Source of the DNA: Lachnospiraceae bacterium
GTDB taxonomy: Bacteria; Bacillota; Clostridia; Lachnospirales; Lachnospiraceae
Reading direction: 5' to 3'
Length of the DNA: 61,695 nucleotides
Assembly (NCBI GenBank): GCA_051886435.1
Contig: JBJEYC010000052.1
Coordinates: 1-61,695, forward strand
The stretch's first letter is position 1. Each line of letters opens with the position of its first letter. Shown one piece after another: positions 47,381 through 57,640 of the stretch. The notes beneath the pieces are model-generated. The model made no database searches. It saw only the letters and a program-made list of their open reading frames with translations, and was not told the origin of the DNA. Both the position numbers and the translations under genes were made by a program.

Positions 47381-48460
47381 TCAGGACAGACGCTGCGGCG
47401 TTTTCTCCGGCGGCACCGGCAGGCAGACCGTAAAATCTGTGCCCTTTCCGGGCTGGGAATCGACCGAAATGCTGCCGCCGTAGAGCTCGACAATCCGGTG
47501 GACGATCGCAAGACCGATGCCGTTGCCGCCAAGGGTTCCGGAGGGGTCCTTCTGGTAGTACTTCTCAAAGATGTGGGACGCGGTCTCCCGGTCCATGCCG
47601 ATCCCGGTATCAAAGATCTCCACCAGGAGCTTTCCGTTCTCAAGGCGCTGCCTTGCACCGATTGTCCCGCCCTCCGGCGTGAACTTCACCGCGTTCCCAA
47701 TCAGGTTGATCCAGACCTGTTCGAGCTGCTCCTGGTTGCCGTAGAACGAAAAATCAAACGACTCGGGCAGGTCCGGTGTCAGGTGCTTCTGCTCCATGGT
47801 GCGGCTCTGGGCGATAAAGCACCGGCGGATCTGCTCGCCCATGTTGAAAACCTCCTGGCGCACCGGGATCTGGCAAGCCTCCGCCTTGGAGAGGATCAGG
47901 GTGTTGGACGCCATCTGCGCCAGCCTTCCCGACTGCTCCGCGATGATTTTCAGGTACTCCATCCGCTCCGCTGTCTCGATCCCATCCCCGGTCTCGTAGA
48001 GGACCTCCGCGAAGCCCTTGACCGAGGTCAGCGGCGTCTTGAACTCGTGGGCAAAGTCGTCGGTGAACTGGGTCATCTCCTCCTTGGTCCGCTCGAGCTC
48101 CTCCACCATGTGGTTGAAATCAGCGTAGATCGGCGCGTATTCTCCGGCATCCTTCGCGTCAAGCCGCACGGACAGATCCCCGCCCGCTACCTGCTCCAGA
48201 GCGCCTGCCAGCCGGCTCATCCGCTCCTGGATCTTCCGCAGGATGAGCCGCAGGGATACAAACATCAGGAGAGTCATGGGCACGACCATGAACACCATGC
48301 TCACGGAATTCTGCTGATCCAGCGGCAGAAACCACTCCGCCACTGCCCCATAGGCCATCACCGACCCGATCACGACAATCAGCGTGAGCATTCCTGCCCA
48401 CGCTGTGTTGGAGATCGAGAGTCTCAACTGATTCGACTGTATTTTCTTCTTCATCCCCAC
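47381..48460 (-). CDS. HAMP-domain sensor histidine kinase
   Basis: AHEFKTPL, NLIGNAVKF, GNGIGL. Confidence 0.9.
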   Translation of the reverse strand: MGMKKKIQSNQLRLSISNTAWAGMLTLIVVIGSVMAYGAVAEWFLPLDQQNSVSMVFMVVPMTLLMFVSLRLILRKIQERMSRLAGALEQVAGGDLSVRLDAKDAGEYAPIYADFNHMVEELERTKEEMTQFTDDFAHEFKTPLTSVKGFAEVLYETGDGIETAERMEYLKIIAEQSGRLAQMASNTLILSKAEACQIPVRQEVFNMGEQIRRCFIAQSRTMEQKHLTPDLPESFDFSFYGNQEQLEQVWINLIGNAVKFTPEGGTIGARQRLENGKLLVEIFDTGIGMDRETASHIFEKYYQKDPSGTLGGNGIGLAIVHRIVELYGGSISVDSQPGKGTDFTVCLPVPPEKTPQRLS

Positions 48461-48470
48461 TCCCTCTGTA

Positions 48471-49151
48471 TCAGGCGCCGGCCTGTTTCACCACCGCCTT
48501 GTATCCGAGTCCGCGCACCGAGACCAGCTCAAAGGCTGTGCAGTCCGCAAACTTGTTCCTAAGCCGGGAGATGTAGGTCTTGATCGTGCTGTAGTCGGAG
48601 TCGCTCTCCGGCCCCCAGATGGCATCCATGAGCTGCTGTTTCGTGAAGACCACATCGGGATAGGACAGGAGCAGGAACAGAAGCCTGAACTCAGTCTGTG
48701 TCAGCTCAATGGGGACGCCTGCCACCTGCGCGCTCTGGTTCTCCTCGGACAGCTCCAGATCCCCGATGGAAATCTTTTTTTCACTGGAGATCCTGGCCCG
48801 CCGCAGCAGCGCCTCGATGTGCCATTCCAGTTCCTCGCAGTCGATGGGCTTTGTCAGGTAATCATCAATCCCGGAGGAATACCCTTCCTTCTTGTGGGCA
48901 AAGGTGTTCATTGCCGTGAGCATGATGACCGGCGTGGTATCGCCGCTCTTTCGGAGCGTGCGGACAAACGCATACCCGTCCATGCGGGGCATGCAGATGT
49001 CCACGATCATCAGATCCGCCCGCTCCGTCTCCATCACCCGCAGCGCGTCCTCCCCGTCGCAGGCCTCCAGGATCCGATACCGCGTCCGGAGTTTTGCCTT
49101 GACGAGCAGTCGTACCGCCGGATCATCTTCCACAATCAGGATGGTTACCAT
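48471..49151 (-). CDS. OmpR-family response regulator
   Basis: ILIVEDD, VDICMP, VRGLGYK. Confidence 0.9.
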   Translation of the reverse strand: MVTILIVEDDPAVRLLVKAKLRTRYRILEACDGEDALRVMETERADLMIVDICMPRMDGYAFVRTLRKSGDTTPVIMLTAMNTFAHKKEGYSSGIDDYLTKPIDCEELEWHIEALLRRARISSEKKISIGDLELSEENQSAQVAGVPIELTQTEFRLLFLLLSYPDVVFTKQQLMDAIWGPESDSDYSTIKTYISRLRNKFADCTAFELVSVRGLGYKAVVKQAGA

Positions 49152-49179
49152 TGTCTCCTCCCTGCGGGCGCAAAGCGCC

Positions 49180-50001
49180 TCACGTTCTGCGAAAAGCCCT
49201 CCCGTTGGTGCAGCCGCCGTCGCAGAGCACATCCACGCCGGCAAGATACCCGTTGCGCGGATCCGCCAGGGAGGCAATCGCAAAACCCAGTTCCTCTGGC
49301 GTTCCCATCCGCTGCTCTGCCCCAAAGACAAGTGCCTTGCCTCCCACGTCTGCCTCGCGCTTTCCCATATCCGTCGCAATAAGGCCCGGGGAAATGCTGA
49401 CGACACGGATGCCCTGGCCTCCAAACTCAAACGCGCACTTTTGCGCATACCAGACCGTGAAGTTCTTGGAGATGGCATAAGCAAAGCCAGACTGCATATA
49501 GGAGCCTCTCGCAAGCTTTGCAAGATGCAGGCACTTCTTCAGGAACTTCTCCTCCTGCGTCTCCGCCAGGCGGTAGACCCTTTTCCGGACCAGAACCTTT
49601 GGCAGCGCATAGGCGGAGTTGGAGGCGACATCCACAATGACCGACCCGCGGGGAAGAAGCGGCGCAAACGCCCGGTTGACATAGACCGTGCCCAGGGCGT
49701 TGGTCCGAAGGATCTGCTCGGGGCTTCCCATAGCCGGGGAGATGCCCGCGGCGTGAATTACGGTCTGCACCGAACCAAGGGATGCGGCAAACGAGGCGAG
49801 CTCCTCTACGCTCTCCCGGCTCCCGGTGTCCGCGGTGTGCACGGCAACAGTATAGCCCTTTTCCTCAAGTGTCTTCTTTGCCCGCTCGAGTTTTGCCGCG
49901 GTCCTGCCCGCCAGAACGAGGGTCTTATTCCTGTCCAGGAACCCGGCTGCCGCAAGACCCATCCCGCTGCCGCCGCCCGTGATCACACAGACTTGTGTCA
50001 T
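49180..50001 (-). CDS. SDR family oxidoreductase
   Basis: TGGGSGMG, AAGIS, YAISK, SPGLIAT. Confidence 0.9.
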   Translation of the reverse strand: MTQVCVITGGGSGMGLAAAGFLDRNKTLVLAGRTAAKLERAKKTLEEKGYTVAVHTADTGSRESVEELASFAASLGSVQTVIHAAGISPAMGSPEQILRTNALGTVYVNRAFAPLLPRGSVIVDVASNSAYALPKVLVRKRVYRLAETQEEKFLKKCLHLAKLARGSYMQSGFAYAISKNFTVWYAQKCAFEFGGQGIRVVSISPGLIATDMGKREADVGGKALVFGAEQRMGTPEELGFAIASLADPRNGYLAGVDVLCDGGCTNGRAFRRT

Positions 50002-51010
50002 CGAGCTTTCCCTCCTTCTTCAGCCATGCAATCTCGTCGCGAATGGTCTCCTGATAGGAACGGGTCTGGTATCCCAGCTCCCGTCTTGCCCGCGATGAGT
50101 CAAACGAATTGTTCCGTGAGAGGTTGTAGACCGAAAAGCGGGTCATGACCGGCCTTGTGCCCTTCGCCTTTGCCTGTCTCTCCATGAAGAAGACCATCGC
50201 GTTTGCCGCCCAGATCGGGAGGAACACGCGGACCGGCTTCATGCCCGCCTCATCGGTGATCATACGGCTGAAGTCGCGGAATTTCACCTCGTCATTGGCG
50301 AGGATGTAGCAGACCCCGCTCCGGCCCCGGTCCGCCGCGCCGATCACGCCAGCTGCCAGGTCCCGGACATCGCAGAGGTTGAAGGATCCGTCGATGCCGG
50401 CGGGCATGGCACCGTGCAGAATCTTGAGCAGGCTCCCCGTCACTTCACCCACCGCAAAGTCCCCGGGTCCGAAGATGCCGCTGGGATGCACCACGCAGGC
50501 ATTCAGTCCCCGCTCCTGCACCGCGTCGAGCACAGCCTGCGTGGCAAGGGCCTTGGACTGGCTGTAGCAGCCAACGACGGCGTCCGGATCAAAGTGATCC
50601 ACCTCGCGGATCTTCTGTCCCTTCGGCAGCTCCGGGATCGCACCGGTGCTGGAACAGTAGACAAGCTTCTCGCACTCCGGGTGCGCAAGGCACCGGTCGA
50701 TGATGTTCTTCGTGCCGCCGACGTTCACGTCCATAACCTTCTGGCTGTATTCCGGATTGACGGTGACGATGCTGGCGATGTGCAGCACCACGGTCCGGGT
50801 TCCCTCTGGTACCGTAAAGAACCGCTCCAGCGATTCCGGATCCGTCAGATCGCCGGTCACAACCTCCGCCTCCTTCGGCACAAAGCGGATTGCCGGATCC
50901 GCAGGCAGGACGAATGCCCGGACCGAATCCCCCCGGTCGAGCAGCTGCCGGCAGACCGTTCCGCCAAGATATCCGGCTGCCCCTGTGACAAGATACATGA
51001 TGTGTTCCAT
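49925..51010 (-). CDS. NAD-dependent epimerase/dehydratase (dihydroflavonol reductase-like)
   Basis: TGAAGYLG, YSQSK, DVRDLA. Confidence 0.9.
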   Translation of the reverse strand: MEHIMYLVTGAAGYLGGTVCRQLLDRGDSVRAFVLPADPAIRFVPKEAEVVTGDLTDPESLERFFTVPEGTRTVVLHIASIVTVNPEYSQKVMDVNVGGTKNIIDRCLAHPECEKLVYCSSTGAIPELPKGQKIREVDHFDPDAVVGCYSQSKALATQAVLDAVQERGLNACVVHPSGIFGPGDFAVGEVTGSLLKILHGAMPAGIDGSFNLCDVRDLAAGVIGAADRGRSGVCYILANDEVKFRDFSRMITDEAGMKPVRVFLPIWAANAMVFFMERQAKAKGTRPVMTRFSVYNLSRNNSFDSSRARRELGYQTRSYQETIRDEIAWLKKEGKLDDTSLCDHGRRQRDGSCGSRVPGQE

Positions 51011-51192
51011 GATGACCTCCAATTCTCACACAGCACGTTTTTTCGTGTCTGGCATGAGCATAGAGGCCGATGGTAAACGAACGGTAAATTCGGGCCGGTT
51101 TTATTGTATCATCCGGCCATAACCAGGAAAACCGGACAGAGGCCCTTTGGGCGCCTCTGTCCGGCATCGGTCATTGTGTTTCGTATTGCGCT

Positions 51193-51666
51193 TCAGAAAA
51201 GAACCGGATCCAGCGGAAGAAGATTGGCAGCCTCTGCCGCATCCAGGATTCCGTTCTTCAGTTCCTCCAGGTCCCGGCAGCCGGACAGGTAGAGAAATCT
51301 CCAGAGCAGATTTTCCGTGTGCTGCCTATCCATACACTCCGGCGCCCTGGTCAGGGTCAGCACCATCGAATCCTCCTCTTTTCCCGAGAGCCGGGAGAGC
51401 TGCGCGCACTCCGGATGGGCAAGGAATTCTGCGATCATCTCCTGATCGAATCCGCTCTTCTCCAGGAGGCTGGCAAGATCCGCGAAGCCGCCGTGCGGAA
51501 GCCAAAACCTGACCCGCATTTTTCCGCCGTCGGTGACGGTCTCTTCCCTGCAGTCGTCGATCGAAACGCCCATAGGATTCGAATAAAGAAAATTGCGGAT
51601 CTCTCTGTGGGAAAACGCCGCCAGAAGGGCCTTTGCGATCTCACGCGCTTCGTTTTGGCTGTTCAT
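51193..51666 (-). CDS. Hypothetical protein
   Basis: ORF directly downstream of and coupled to the VWA surface protein gene. Confidence 0.55.
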   Translation of the reverse strand: MNSQNEAREIAKALLAAFSHREIRNFLYSNPMGVSIDDCREETVTDGGKMRVRFWLPHGGFADLASLLEKSGFDQEMIAEFLAHPECAQLSRLSGKEEDSMVLTLTRAPECMDRQHTENLLWRFLYLSGCRDLEELKNGILDAAEAANLLPLDPVLF

Positions 51667-51668
51667 AC

Positions 51669-54506
51669 TCACAGCGCTCCTCTCTCCCGCAGCGTGCGTC
51701 CCAGTGCAACAAGCAGCACGAGGAACACGCTCCCGGCCGCTGCGGCGATCGGAACAAACAGATCCCCGTCGCCGCTCTCTCCGGTCTTTGGCCGGTCTGT
51801 GATGACCTGCGGGCCGGAAGCGGGCGTTGCAGACGATACCTGGGTGACACTCCCTGTGGTGCTGGCCGACGCAGCATCCTGCTGGGCCTTCAGGATGGCT
51901 TCCTGTGCCTCTTTGGCCGCCTGCAGGTTTGCCGCAAGGGCAGCCTGCGCTGCCTTCTCATTGGCCTCCTGCACGGCGGAAGAAGGTGCTGCTGCCGCCG
52001 GAGTGGAAGAGGAGATGCTCTGCACACTTCCGGTGTTCTCTTTGGGCACGGTGATCTGGTTTTCGATCGTCACGTTGTTCGTGACAGAGGAGGAACCCGT
52101 GGCTCCCGCGTCAGCGCTGTCTCTGGCCGCATCGCCGGACTTTTTGGTGTCATCGGAAGGCGTCGGCTCCTCTCCAGCCTGCAGGGTGTGGATCAGAAAA
52201 TCCGCCTCGGGCTCCCGCTCCCGGATTCTTGTGAAGTTGCAGTCCGCCCGCATACAGCTGTGGCTCAGGGTGGTGAGGGAGGTGATCTCCTCCCCAAGGG
52301 CTCCGTCCTTTTCCCGGAACACCTTCACATCAAAGGCCGCTGCATCCTCCGCTGTGAGGACCTCTGTCCCCTCCTGCACGGCAACGCCGGAGAGGGCGCT
52401 CACCCGATATCCAAGATCCGGCGCGCTCTTTACTCCCGCCTTCGTCCCATCCTGGCAAAGCCAGGCAAGATCCAGGAGATGGCTCTCAGGGTCTTTGCCC
52501 GCAGTCAGCTCCCCGGTTCTGACATCGATCGCGGAACCTTTTTTCAGCTCCGTGTCCTTGAGATCGAGCGACGGGAAGAAATAGTGGACCGACTGGGTCC
52601 GCTTTCTCGTGATCGCCTTCTGGCTCCCCTTTGCGGCCGGGGTCACCGTGCAGCGCACCGTGTACCTTGCGCAGGTCTTCGGAACCTCCATTGCCGGTTC
52701 GGAAAAGCGCACCTCTTCCGTGTTCTTCCCGGCAGGGATCTGAAGCGTTGTCAGGACTTTTCCGTCGGCGCCGCAGATATCCACCGTGATATCGACATAT
52801 CGGTTGTTTGCGCCGTCAGGAACCGTGTCCTTTGCGTACTTCAGGAGCTCGGGAAGGGAAACCGCATCCGGCGCAAACACGTTCCGGTCTCTCCCTTCGA
52901 TGGAGAAGGCAAGTGGAAGGTCCACCTTCGGGACCGGGAAGTGCCCCAGAGAATCGGTCAGGGAGGCGTCTTTATACATGCCGGATCGACCGGTGTTCGT
53001 GGGAATTTCATTTCCGCCGAACGTGGTGGAGACGGGACGGATCCGGAAGGTGACAATGAGCTTTTTTCCATAAAATCCGCTCTGGTCTGCATGGCCGTTT
53101 GGAGTCACGTAGTTGGCGCTGTAGTCAAAGCCGGTGACGCGGACGGTGTTTGCACGGCTGTCTGCGGTGCAGGTCACTCCCTCTGCGGGAACCGGATCCT
53201 CCCAGGTGCCGTCCTTTGTGTACGCGCTCGTCCACACCTGCGCCTGCGCCGGATCGCACAGCACAAAGTCCTGTGCCACCTCGTCGAAGAGGACCGCGTC
53301 CTTTCCCAGGATCTGGTCCGCCCTGCCCGAGCGGCTTGCGAGCTGGTCAAAGAGCTTCAGAAACTCCTCCGGGTTCTCCGGGCTGCTGTAATAGCTGAAG
53401 TTCTGCACCATCGTTGCCCCGGTATCGCTCCCATCCCGGTCATTTGGCGTATCCATGTCACTTGCATGGGGATTGTCCGAGGAGACCAGATACATGAACC
53501 GGTTGGTCATGTTTTTCATGTTGGAAGGCTCTGTATTGGTGGGGAGCTTGTCCAGGTTTCCCTTGTCGGAAACATAGAAGAAGCTCTGCCAGTTGGCATT
53601 GGTCTTCGGATTGTCCTCCGGGATCTTCTCATAGGTGGGGAAGGCTTCTCCCGGCACGGCCACACAGCTTGGCTCCATCGAGATCACAAAGACCTCGGCT
53701 CCGGCCTCCTTGATGGTCTTTGCCGCCGCAATCGCCCGATTGGCCACATAGGGCTGAAAGCCCTCACGGTCATTGGGCTGACCGTCAGTGACCAGCACCA
53801 CCACCTTTTTCCGGTTCAGCGTATCCTTCGAGATCAGCTCCCCGGCGCGCTCCATACCGGCATCCGTTCTGGTGTGGGTGCCAACTTTACACTCAAGGGA
53901 CTGGACCTTTGAATTGAGTTCGTCAAGATTTTCCTTCTTCACCTCGGTGAATTCCTGGACGATTCTGGTGCGGTTCTCCCGGTTTCCGCCTCCCGCGTCG
54001 GAGAACTGCACCAGCGCAAAACGGCTTTTGCTGCCCTCCGGGAGATTTGTGTTGAAGCTGGCCATGTTTTCGAGAAAGTTCCCGACCGCGGTCTTCATGA
54101 CGGTCTCCCGGGTCTTCTCGGTTCCGAACATGTAGTTCATGGAGCCAGAGCAGTCCGCAACCACCACTGCGTCAAAGGGCTGGTAAGTGGTGGTCTCCGT
54201 CCCGGACGCGTCCGCCTCCAGGCGGACCGTAAAGGTTCCGTCTCCGTTGTCACTGACGCCCTTTTTCAGCTCCAGTCCCCCGGTGACATCTATCCCCGCC
54301 TCCAATTTTTCCTCTGTCTGTGCTATACTCGTCGAAGCGGCGGAAGTCTTCTCTGCATGCACCGTTCCCACGGTGCTGGCGGCCAAAAGGCCTGCGCTCA
54401 GGCCAATCCCAAGTGAGAGCCTGCCTATCTCCCGTATTTTTGCCCTTCCATGCGCAAACCGCGCACTCCACTGCGACCTGTCTGGGAATCCCGGATGTGT
54501 TCTCAT
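51669..54506 (-). CDS. Cell-surface VWA-domain protein with sortase-like anchor
   Basis: Signal peptide (VHA-E), MIDAS DCSGS..T..TDG, C-terminal RPKTG plus TM plus basic tail; AAAGGAG RBS before 54506. Confidence 0.8.
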   Translation of the reverse strand: MRTHPGFPDRSQWSARFAHGRAKIREIGRLSLGIGLSAGLLAASTVGTVHAEKTSAASTSIAQTEEKLEAGIDVTGGLELKKGVSDNGDGTFTVRLEADASGTETTTYQPFDAVVVADCSGSMNYMFGTEKTRETVMKTAVGNFLENMASFNTNLPEGSKSRFALVQFSDAGGGNRENRTRIVQEFTEVKKENLDELNSKVQSLECKVGTHTRTDAGMERAGELISKDTLNRKKVVVLVTDGQPNDREGFQPYVANRAIAAAKTIKEAGAEVFVISMEPSCVAVPGEAFPTYEKIPEDNPKTNANWQSFFYVSDKGNLDKLPTNTEPSNMKNMTNRFMYLVSSDNPHASDMDTPNDRDGSDTGATMVQNFSYYSSPENPEEFLKLFDQLASRSGRADQILGKDAVLFDEVAQDFVLCDPAQAQVWTSAYTKDGTWEDPVPAEGVTCTADSRANTVRVTGFDYSANYVTPNGHADQSGFYGKKLIVTFRIRPVSTTFGGNEIPTNTGRSGMYKDASLTDSLGHFPVPKVDLPLAFSIEGRDRNVFAPDAVSLPELLKYAKDTVPDGANNRYVDITVDICGADGKVLTTLQIPAGKNTEEVRFSEPAMEVPKTCARYTVRCTVTPAAKGSQKAITRKRTQSVHYFFPSLDLKDTELKKGSAIDVRTGELTAGKDPESHLLDLAWLCQDGTKAGVKSAPDLGYRVSALSGVAVQEGTEVLTAEDAAAFDVKVFREKDGALGEEITSLTTLSHSCMRADCNFTRIREREPEADFLIHTLQAGEEPTPSDDTKKSGDAARDSADAGATGSSSVTNNVTIENQITVPKENTGSVQSISSSTPAAAAPSSAVQEANEKAAQAALAANLQAAKEAQEAILKAQQDAASASTTGSVTQVSSATPASGPQVITDRPKTGESGDGDLFVPIAAAAGSVFLVLLVALGRTLRERGAL

Positions 54507-54713
54507 CGACTGTACTCCTTTGCGATATGATTTTTTGGACATGTCTTCAAGATCTGCGCGCCGCTTGATGCAGACAGGATATCCACTCCCGTCTGACCTC
54601 CCGATTATAGGGCTTCCCTCTGCTCCTGAAATCCCCTCCGGCATGAACGTGCGCCTTCCGGCACGAATAGTCACCCCATCCAAAAGAAACCACAAAGAAA
54701 GGATTCCCCTTCC

Positions 54714-55220
54714 ATGCAGACTCCCCCCATCCCTTCGCCCCGCTGTCTTCGGATCACCGTAACAGGAGGCGATGTGAGAGACCTCCAGCATCTCCGCGCC
54801 CTCCTTCCCTCCCATTTTCCAGACCGCCGCATCGAGCTGAACGGAGAAATGCTCAGCCCTTCCTGCGGTGCGCTTCTTCTTCCGCGCCGGGGCGGCGGGA
54901 CCCTGCGCCTTCCCGCCGATAATATACGGAGCGTCGTCTCCTGCGGCCACTATACGGAGTTTTCCTGCCTGAGCGGGCCGCTCCGCGTCCGGATCCCGTT
55001 CCACCGGGTGGAGGAGCATCTGAAGAAAGGGCCCTTTCTTCTTGTCAACCGCGGCATTCTCCTGAACATGGACCGCATCCTGCGCCCGGAGGGGAACGGT
55101 TTCCGCATGGAGGACGGCACCTGGTACGGCGGCCGGGTCCGTGGTTTTTCCTCCACCCTGCGCACGTATGAGGACTACCTTCTTGGCGAGGCTGCAAAAC
55201 GGCGGTATCCCGGGGCATAA
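54714..55220 (+). CDS. LytTR DNA-binding domain protein lacking a full receiver domain
   Basis: FLLVNRGILLNMDRI LytTR motif. Confidence 0.7.
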   Translation: MQTPPIPSPRCLRITVTGGDVRDLQHLRALLPSHFPDRRIELNGEMLSPSCGALLLPRRGGGTLRLPADNIRSVVSCGHYTEFSCLSGPLRVRIPFHRVEEHLKKGPFLLVNRGILLNMDRILRPEGNGFRMEDGTWYGGRVRGFSSTLRTYEDYLLGEAAKRRYPGA

Positions 55221-55297
55221 AAAAAGAGAAGGCCACTGTCAGGTCTTCTCTTTCTGATTCTGTCTTTCTGTTGTCTGCCTCTTGCAGAGCTTTCGTC

Positions 55298-56983
55298 TTA
55301 CTCCACCACGATGCTCTCAATCACCTGGGGCTCCCACGGAGCATCCATGAAGTTGGTCTTGGTCTCCGCGATCCGGTCCAGCACATCCAGGCCCTCGGTG
55401 ATCTTTCCGAATGCCGCGTACTGGCCGTCCAGATAAGGGGCATCCGCGTGCATGATGAAGAACTGGGAGCCGGCGGAGTTCGGATCCTGGGCTCTTGCCA
55501 TGCTGAGCACGCCTCTCGTGTGCTTTAAGTCATTCTTCACGCCGTTTGCCGCGAACTCGCCCTTGATGCTGTAGCCGGGGCCGCCGGTGCCGTTTCCCTC
55601 CGGGTCGCCGCCCTGGATCATGAAGCCCTTGATGATGCGGTGGAAGGTCAGACCGTCGTAGAACTTCTCATCCGCAAGCTTCTTGAAGTTCTCCACGGTG
55701 ATCGGCGCGATCTCCGGGTAGAGCTCGCCCCGCATGACGCCTCCGTCTTTCATGGTGATGGTGACTGTGTAGGTTTTTTCCATTTTGGAATCCTCCGTTG
55801 CAATACTTGCTGGTTTTGCTGTTTCTCCGGCGCTGCCATCTGGCAGAACCGGCGGTTTCTCCTCTTTGGCAGGCTCCGTTTCCCAACCTGTCAGCTGGCG
55901 GATCCTCGAGACGAGGATCTCCGCCCAGAGCCGGTGCGTGGCCGGACCCGGATGGCCGCCCCCGCCGATGCCGTCCTGCATCGGATTCATCAGGGGCATG
56001 GGGAGAAAATCTGCCCCGGCAAAGGAGGCTGCCTCCCGGCAGGCCTCCATCAGGCCTGTCTCCATCATACCGTAAATCACGATGGCCGGCGCCCCCGGAT
56101 ACTGGGCGCGCACGTCCCGGATGAATTCCGTGTAGCGGTTCATGAAGTGCTGCTCCCGCGTGGGAATGCCACGGGTGAAGGAAGCATCGTTGGTCCCGAG
56201 CGCAAACACCAGAACATCCGCCGGGAAGCTCTTCGGATCATACTTGGTCAGGAAATAGCTGCCCGCGGGCTCCCGCCATCCCTTTGCCTTCAGGTAAATC
56301 TTCGCAAAGGTCTCGGTGGTCTTGTCCACGTAGGGATAGAGCGCCGGGAGCAGGTTTTCGGTGTAGGGCGTCTCGATCTCAGGCGGAATCCACTGGGAGA
56401 TCACGCCATTCCCGGACCAGGCAAAGTACTGTCCCTGGGCCTGCAGGGTTCTGGACGCAAGCCAGGCATAGGAGCGGCTGATGTCCTCGTCCTCCGTTGT
56501 GAAGGAGTAAGCCTGCGGATCTTCCGAGGGCGCGTGGTCAAGTCCCAGGCCGTACCCCGCCGTGATGGAATCCCCGAGATAGAGGATGTGCCGTTTGGCC
56601 GGCTGTGTCGGCGTGATGGTCCCATCCGCGGTCAGCACGGAGAGACAGAGCTTGTCGTACTGGGTCTCGGTGAGCTTGACAATACGGACCTTGTGCATGG
56701 CCCGCTCCGGGTTGCGCAGGATGTCCACCGTGTGCATCTCGGTGCGGATCATGAGCCTGCGGTAGGGGCGGTCTTCATCATCGAGAAAGACGCCCAGATA
56801 GGAGAAGTCCTCCCGGCGCTTCGTCTGTGAGATGCCCAGGATGTCCGCCCTGACACGTGAGGCGTCCGTCCAGAACTCGACACCGGCGCCCGGGGTCCCG
56901 GGCCAGAGCCCGCCCGCCAGGTTCAGGCACCTGCCCAGGATCCGCACGTTCTCCGGTGTGAGATCGTATTTCTGTTCTGCCAT
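55298..56983 (-). CDS. SGNH/GDSL esterase (CE2-like) in frame with a cyclophilin-type PPIase; PPIase has its own start at 55783
   Basis: GDSITAGYG, WSG, LGTND, GHP; then FHRIIKGFMIQGGDP, SAGSQFFI, YAAFG. Confidence 0.85.
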   Translation of the reverse strand: MAEQKYDLTPENVRILGRCLNLAGGLWPGTPGAGVEFWTDASRVRADILGISQTKRREDFSYLGVFLDDEDRPYRRLMIRTEMHTVDILRNPERAMHKVRIVKLTETQYDKLCLSVLTADGTITPTQPAKRHILYLGDSITAGYGLGLDHAPSEDPQAYSFTTEDEDISRSYAWLASRTLQAQGQYFAWSGNGVISQWIPPEIETPYTENLLPALYPYVDKTTETFAKIYLKAKGWREPAGSYFLTKYDPKSFPADVLVFALGTNDASFTRGIPTREQHFMNRYTEFIRDVRAQYPGAPAIVIYGMMETGLMEACREAASFAGADFLPMPLMNPMQDGIGGGGHPGPATHRLWAEILVSRIRQLTGWETEPAKEEKPPVLPDGSAGETAKPASIATEDSKMEKTYTVTITMKDGGVMRGELYPEIAPITVENFKKLADEKFYDGLTFHRIIKGFMIQGGDPEGNGTGGPGYSIKGEFAANGVKNDLKHTRGVLSMARAQDPNSAGSQFFIMHADAPYLDGQYAAFGKITEGLDVLDRIAETKTNFMDAPWEPQVIESIVVE

Positions 56984-56986
56984 TAC

Positions 56987-57628
56987 TTATAGCTGTCCTT
57001 TCTGATTTCCGTCTTTTTCCCTGCGATAGACAAGGGCGGTCGCGGAATACCGGCCGTTCTCCCAGCGGGTCCGGAGCAGGTCGCAGTTGTCGATCCGGAC
57101 CTTCCAGACTTCCTCCGCATCCAGATGATCGAGCTTTCGCAACATCGCCCGGATCGCAACGCCATGGGTGACCGCGAGAATCCGCTCCTCCCGGCCCTGC
57201 TTTTCTTCCTGTGCCGCCGCGCTGGCAAGGTCCTCGAGAAAGCTCCCGGTCCGCGCCTCCAGATGGGCAAGGCTCTCAAAGCCCTCGGGCAGGGGCGCAT
57301 GGACCGGATCCCTTAAAAACCGCGCGGTTTTCTCGTCGAGCTCCGAGAAGCATGCTCCATCCGCCGGTCCGTAGTTCATCTCCAGAATCCGGTCATCAAT
57401 CCGGATTCCGGACTTGTCACAGCCGCAGACCAGGGCTGCGGTGTCGAGAGCCCGGGACAGGTGCGAGCTGTACACCTTATCAAATACAAGGCCCTGCTCC
57501 CGGACAAAGCGTCCCGCCGCCCGGGCCTCCTCGATGCCCGCTGCGTTGAGCCTGGTGTCGATCTGCCCCTGGAGCCTTTCCTCCCGGTTCAGTGCCGTCT
57601 CCCCGTGGCGCATCAGGTATAGGATCAT
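56987..57628 (-). CDS. Histidine phosphatase (phosphoglycerate mutase family)
   Basis: RHGET, LSRA, THG. Confidence 0.9.
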   Translation of the reverse strand: MILYLMRHGETALNREERLQGQIDTRLNAAGIEEARAAGRFVREQGLVFDKVYSSHLSRALDTAALVCGCDKSGIRIDDRILEMNYGPADGACFSELDEKTARFLRDPVHAPLPEGFESLAHLEARTGSFLEDLASAAAQEEKQGREERILAVTHGVAIRAMLRKLDHLDAEEVWKVRIDNCDLLRTRWENGRYSATALVYRREKDGNQKGQL

Positions 57629-57640
57629 GTCTCTCCTCCG

